Assembly (NCBI GenBank): GCA_004431415.1
Contig: QPMI01000541.1
Coordinates: forward strand, 1-62,602
From: Cyanophora paradoxa CCMP329
Lineage: Eukaryota; Plantae; Glaucophyta
Direction: 5' to 3'
Length of the DNA stretch: 62,602 bases
Shown here: positions 58,510 through 62,602 of the stretch, in pieces
Layout of the letters: every line of letters begins with the position of its first letter
How positions within the stretch are numbered: position 1 is the first letter of the stretch
The notes under the pieces: model-generated
Seen by the model: the letters and a program-made list of their open reading frames with translations, nothing else
Told to the model about the DNA's origin: nothing
Database searches by the model: none
Translations under genes and position numbers: made by a program

Positions 58510-60100
58510 CCCGGCCCCGGGCCCGGCTGCGCAGTGCGCATATGACTGATGCCTTCGAGATCGCGCCGGGCCCCCGGGGCGCGAGGCGAGCGCCGCCGGC
58601 GCGGCCGCTGGCGCCGGGGCCGGCGCGGCGCGGAGGGAGGGGAGGGAGGAGGTGCGGTGCAGGGCGGCGGAGAGCGCGGGGGCTGCGCAAGAGCGGCGAA
58701 GAACAGACCGACGCGCTCGCGGCCCGGCCGAAGGCAGCCGCAACGGCGGCCGCACGGCGGAGGCGGCGGCGGCCGCCGCGCCGCCGCCGGTACGCGACGT
58801 CCGCGGCTGCGCCGCCGCCGTCCGCGGGCTGGGCCCCTGCGGCGGCGCGAGCTCCAGAGTCGGGTGCGGCGAGGCCGGCCCCCGGGCCGGGCGACGCGTC
58901 CCGGGGCCGCTGGGGCCGCCGAAGCCAGGCCGGCGGCGGCCTTGGCGGCCCGGGGCGGGAGCCGGCGGCCCCGGCCCGGGCCCCGTGGTCGACCCGACGG
59001 AGGCCGTCGCGAGGCGGCAGAGGCAGTCCAGGAACCCGTCCTGCGAAAAGAACGCGGGTTCGAATCCGCGCGGGGCCCTTTCTTCCCTTGGACGAAACGC
59101 GTACCTGGTCGAGGGCCGAGTCGAGGGGGGCGGGCTCCGGGGGCGGCGCCTCCCTCGCCCCCCTCGCGGCCTTCTAGATCTCCTTCGCGGCCTTCTTCTC
59201 CTTCCGCTGCTTCCGCCGCTGGGAGGGCGAATGAATGCGCGAGGCGCGATTTGATCGATTGTTCAGAACTGTGGAGGCCGATCGGGGTACGTGTACCTCG
59301 GCCTTGGTGTCCTCCTCGACGACGGCGGAGAGGGGTACAGCGGCGCTCCCGACGCTCAGGTAGACGGAGGGTACGTCGCCCGCCGCCGCCGCCAGCGCCG
59401 CCGCCTCGCCCTTCGCCGACTCTGAAGGGGAGGGGGAAGAAGACGTTAGGGGGTGCGGGGTTCGCGCGGCCTTGGAGAGGGGTACGCGCGCACTGGAGAA
59501 GTATGGCCAGCACTTCAGGCGCTGCCGCACGCTCAGTGCTAAGCACGTTTGCACAATCGACCGGTCAGTCAAAGATGTTGAGGGGGTTAAGGGGAGCTGG
59601 GAGGGGTACCGCTATTTCGGCCTCCGTGACAGAAATGGGACCGTCGGGGTCCGGGGGCGGAGGGGCCGGCCCCCCCTCCTCCTCCTGCGGGTCTGGCGGC
59701 CGTACCATCCCCCGCCTCCTCAGTATGCTGTACCCCCCCTCAGCGTCCGGTCGGGAGGCACATCGCGGGGGGTACGCACTCGACGAGGTAGGGGAGCGTG
59801 ATTCCCCCGTCGGTCCGGACGCTGCACGTGGTTAGAGCGGGGGGGGGAGAGCGATAAGGGGGGTACACCCGCTCCTGGTGCGCCCCCTGCCGGCGTACTG
59901 CTCGAAGAGCTCGCGAAGCTCCCGCCGCGGGGGGTACGCCTCGCTCTGAGGGGGGTACACGGTAAGCGAGGTGGAGGAGGGGGGGGATGAAACGGGGTAC
60001 GAGCCTGGACGGGGAGGCTGAGGAGGATATTTCGCTCCTTCGAGTCGGGGGAGGGGGAGGTTCGGCTCAGGGGTACCACGCTGTTCATCTGGGGGGAAGA
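58510..60100 (-). pseudogene. Intron-rich host gene or gene remnant, unknown product
   Basis: Short GT..AG-bounded coding-like blocks on the minus strand; apparent in-frame TAG at 59174-59176 inside ...KKAAKEI*KAARGAREAPPP... Confidence 0.3.
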
Positions 60101-61459
60101 GGTCAAAAGAACGGGAGGGGGAAATTTAAAAGACTGCGATCGCGAGCCCTTTCGAATTAGCGATCGCTAAGCTTATTAAGGGAAGAAGAGAAGAAGGGGC
60201 GCAGAGCCCAGTGTCAGTGGCTCGTCGATGGCCGCGAGACTGCGAGCCTGCCGGCGTTGCGAATTGCGGAGGCTACCGGTAGATGGCTGTCCCACATGCA
60301 AAACATGTATATGCGACAGGAAATTAAAGCGATAAACTTAGCGTTGTGTATTCTTGATACAGACAAAGTAAAAAATCAGACGCATACAGGCTCTTCCGAA
60401 TTAATGCTCCTTAATTCAGGAAATCAATCTTCATTAATGCTCGTCAAATGCTCACAATGATCTAAGCCAACACGAGTCGACGACGAAAACGTGCAACGAG
60501 AACGTGTGACAGCTGCAGCTCCGCGGTCACTCGTCCCCCCGGGAGCCACAGGCGCACGGCGGGCTCGGGCGCCTCCCGTCCCTCGCCGGCCCCGCCCTCG
60601 CCGGCCTCGAGGCGCACGCCACCCTCCTGCTCCAGCAACAGCGCGAGCTTTGCGCGACATCACCGTCGCCCCGTCGTACTGCCAACCGTTCGCGCGGTCA
60701 CGAGGGAGGCCAGAGGGCCGGGGCGAGTCGGAGAGCACCTTGCAGCCACGGAACTCCTGCGCGCGCTTCGTGCCGATGCGCCTGGCACAGAACACGCGCT
60801 GTGGGGGAGCAGGCGGGCGGTCAGACAGAAAGACGCCTGCAGCTGGAGAAGAAGAAAGGGGATGGCAGCGGCCAGCCTGCCAGCCTGCCAGCCCCGCAGG
60901 TGCGCGTGCGCACGGGGAAGAGTCGAGACGTTGATGGTCCGTCGGGGCGACCGACGGCGATCAGGCCCCGCCCGCCCAGCGCGCCCTGCACAAAAGGAAG
61001 TCTAAAAGGGGATCCGCCAGTCCTTATTTTGCAGAGGACGCACCTGGCAACTGTGAACGAAGGAGATTCGAATTCAAATCCATTCAGAAGGAGCGGCAGG
61101 TTCATAATTCTTCGAAAAGGTTCCCATTCCGATCCATCCGACTTTCCGGATTGCAGCCCGTGCTCCTTGTCTACCTCATTCGACCCATCTGATTCCGATC
61201 CATCTGACTCCTCGAATTGCAGATTCTCCTCCCTGTCCACAGTCTCTGCGACTGCCAGCGCCACACGTACGCCGGCGCCGCCTCCTCTCCTATTCGAGGG
61301 CGAATGCGCAGCGCCGCTGCATCCTGTCCACTACATGATGTGAGAAAGCAAAACCTCAATCGAATCGCGCATATGCCCAATCAAAGAAAAACCTTTGAAA
61401 AGGCAAGTTTGAACTCAAATTGGGTATATATTTTCGGCGGAGGGAACTTCGTTCTTGCA

Positions 61460-62602
61460 AGCTCCGCCCCGCTCTCCAGGTCCCACACCCGCAGCGTCGT
61501 GTCCTCGCTCCCTGACACAGCGCGCTTCCCGTCCTGCGACCCGCCGATAGGCCCCCGAGGCCCCCGAGGTCAGCCTCGGGCCCCGGCCCCCGGCCCGCCC
61601 CCCGCGCACCGGCGAGATCGAAACCGAGCGGATCGCGTCCTCGTGACCCGCGAGGCACCGCAGCTCCGCCCCGCTCTCCAGGTCCCACAACCGCAGCGTC
61701 CTGTCGTGGCCCCCCGACACGGTGCGCTTGCCGTCCTGTGGTTTGCAGAAACCCCAAGGCTCCCAAGATCAGCCTCGGGCCCCGGGTTCCGGCCCCCCGG
61801 CCACCCCTCGCGCACCGGCAGGATCGCCAGCGAGAAGGCGAAATGCCCGTGGCCCGCGAGGCACCGCAGCTCCGCCCCGCTTTCCAGGTCCCACAACCGC
61901 ACCGTGTCGTCGTCGCTCCCCGACACGGCGCGCTTTCCGTCCTGCGGATTGCAGAGACCCAAGGCTCCCAAGATCAGTTTCGGGCCCCGGGTTCCGGCCC
62001 CTCCTTCGCGCACCGGCGAGATCGCAACCGAGTTGACCGGGCACTCGTGGCCCGTGAGGCGGCGCAGCTTCGCCCCACTCTCCAGGTCCCACAACCGCAG
62101 CTGCAGCGTGTTAGCCTCCCTCCCCGACACGGCGCGCTTCCCGTCCTGCGGCCCGCCGAGAGGCCCCCAAGGCCCCCGCAATCAGCATCCGGACACAAGC
62201 CCCGGCCGCACCCCCCGCGCACAGGCGAGAACGCCACCGAGATGACCCTGTCCTCATGACCCTCGAGGCACCGCAGCTCCGCCCCGCTCTCCAGGTCCCA
62301 CACCCGCAGCGTCGTGTCCTCGCCCCCAGACACGGCGCGCTTTCCGTCCTGCGGCCCGCCAAGAGGCCGCCGAGGCTCCCGCAATCAGCATCCGGACCCA
62401 AGCCCCGGCCGCAACCCCCGCGCACAGGCGAGATCGCCACCGAGATGACCCTGTCCTCATGACCCTCGAGGCACCGCAGCTCCGCCCCGCTCTCCAGGTC
62501 CCACACCCGCAGCGTCTTGTCCTCGCCCCCTGACACGGCGCGCTTCCCGTCCTGCGACCCGCCGAGAGGCTCCCGAGGCCCTTGCAATCAGCCTCGGGCC
62601 CC
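61460..62602 (-). CDS. WD40-repeat protein, one repeat per exon (partial; continues beyond the window)
   Basis: Exons 62551-62426, 62348-62223, 62145-62014, 61941-61816, 61735-61610 and a partial one from 61533, each DGKRAVSG..D.TLR.WDLESGAELRCL.GH....SVA.SP, separated by phase-0 GT..AG introns of ~70-80 bp. Confidence 0.9.

Overview
GC-rich, intron-dense eukaryotic (protist/alga-like) genomic DNA interrupted by a complete, AT-richer 27,640-bp endogenous Polinton/Maverick-like (PLV-type) DNA virus at 30626-58265. The element has a 6-bp target-site duplication (GGCTTG), ~1.36-kb terminal inverted repeats (TIRs) and an 85-nt hairpin at each extremity whose loop holds three tandem GCGAAGC mini-hairpins. 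It encodes two penton-like proteins, a double-jelly-roll major capsid protein, an A32-type packaging ATPase, a prim-pol/D5 helicase, a protein-primed PolB with a degenerate exonuclease domain, a DDE (rve) integrase, a patatin-discoidin fusion, a cluster of phage-like fibre genes, a putative endonuclease and an S-adenosylmethionine decarboxylase. TGTGAC iteron cassettes occur five times. Host features: a ~478-bp satellite (1-5422) with tRNA-like A/B boxes; a MITE containing a poly(A)-tailed retroposon with a 14-bp TSD; an F-box/LRR gene; an EGF-ABCG (ADP1-like) transporter plus an inverted 3' duplicate; a CUB-domain membrane protein whose stop codon is the viral insertion site; and a one-exon-per-repeat WD40 gene. 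The short GC-rich introns and F-box/WD40 style resemble Cyanophora paradoxa, but that host assignment is an unverified impression. Frameshifts right of ~49.9 kb look like consensus errors, so gene models there are approximate. All family assignments come from motif recognition, not database searches.
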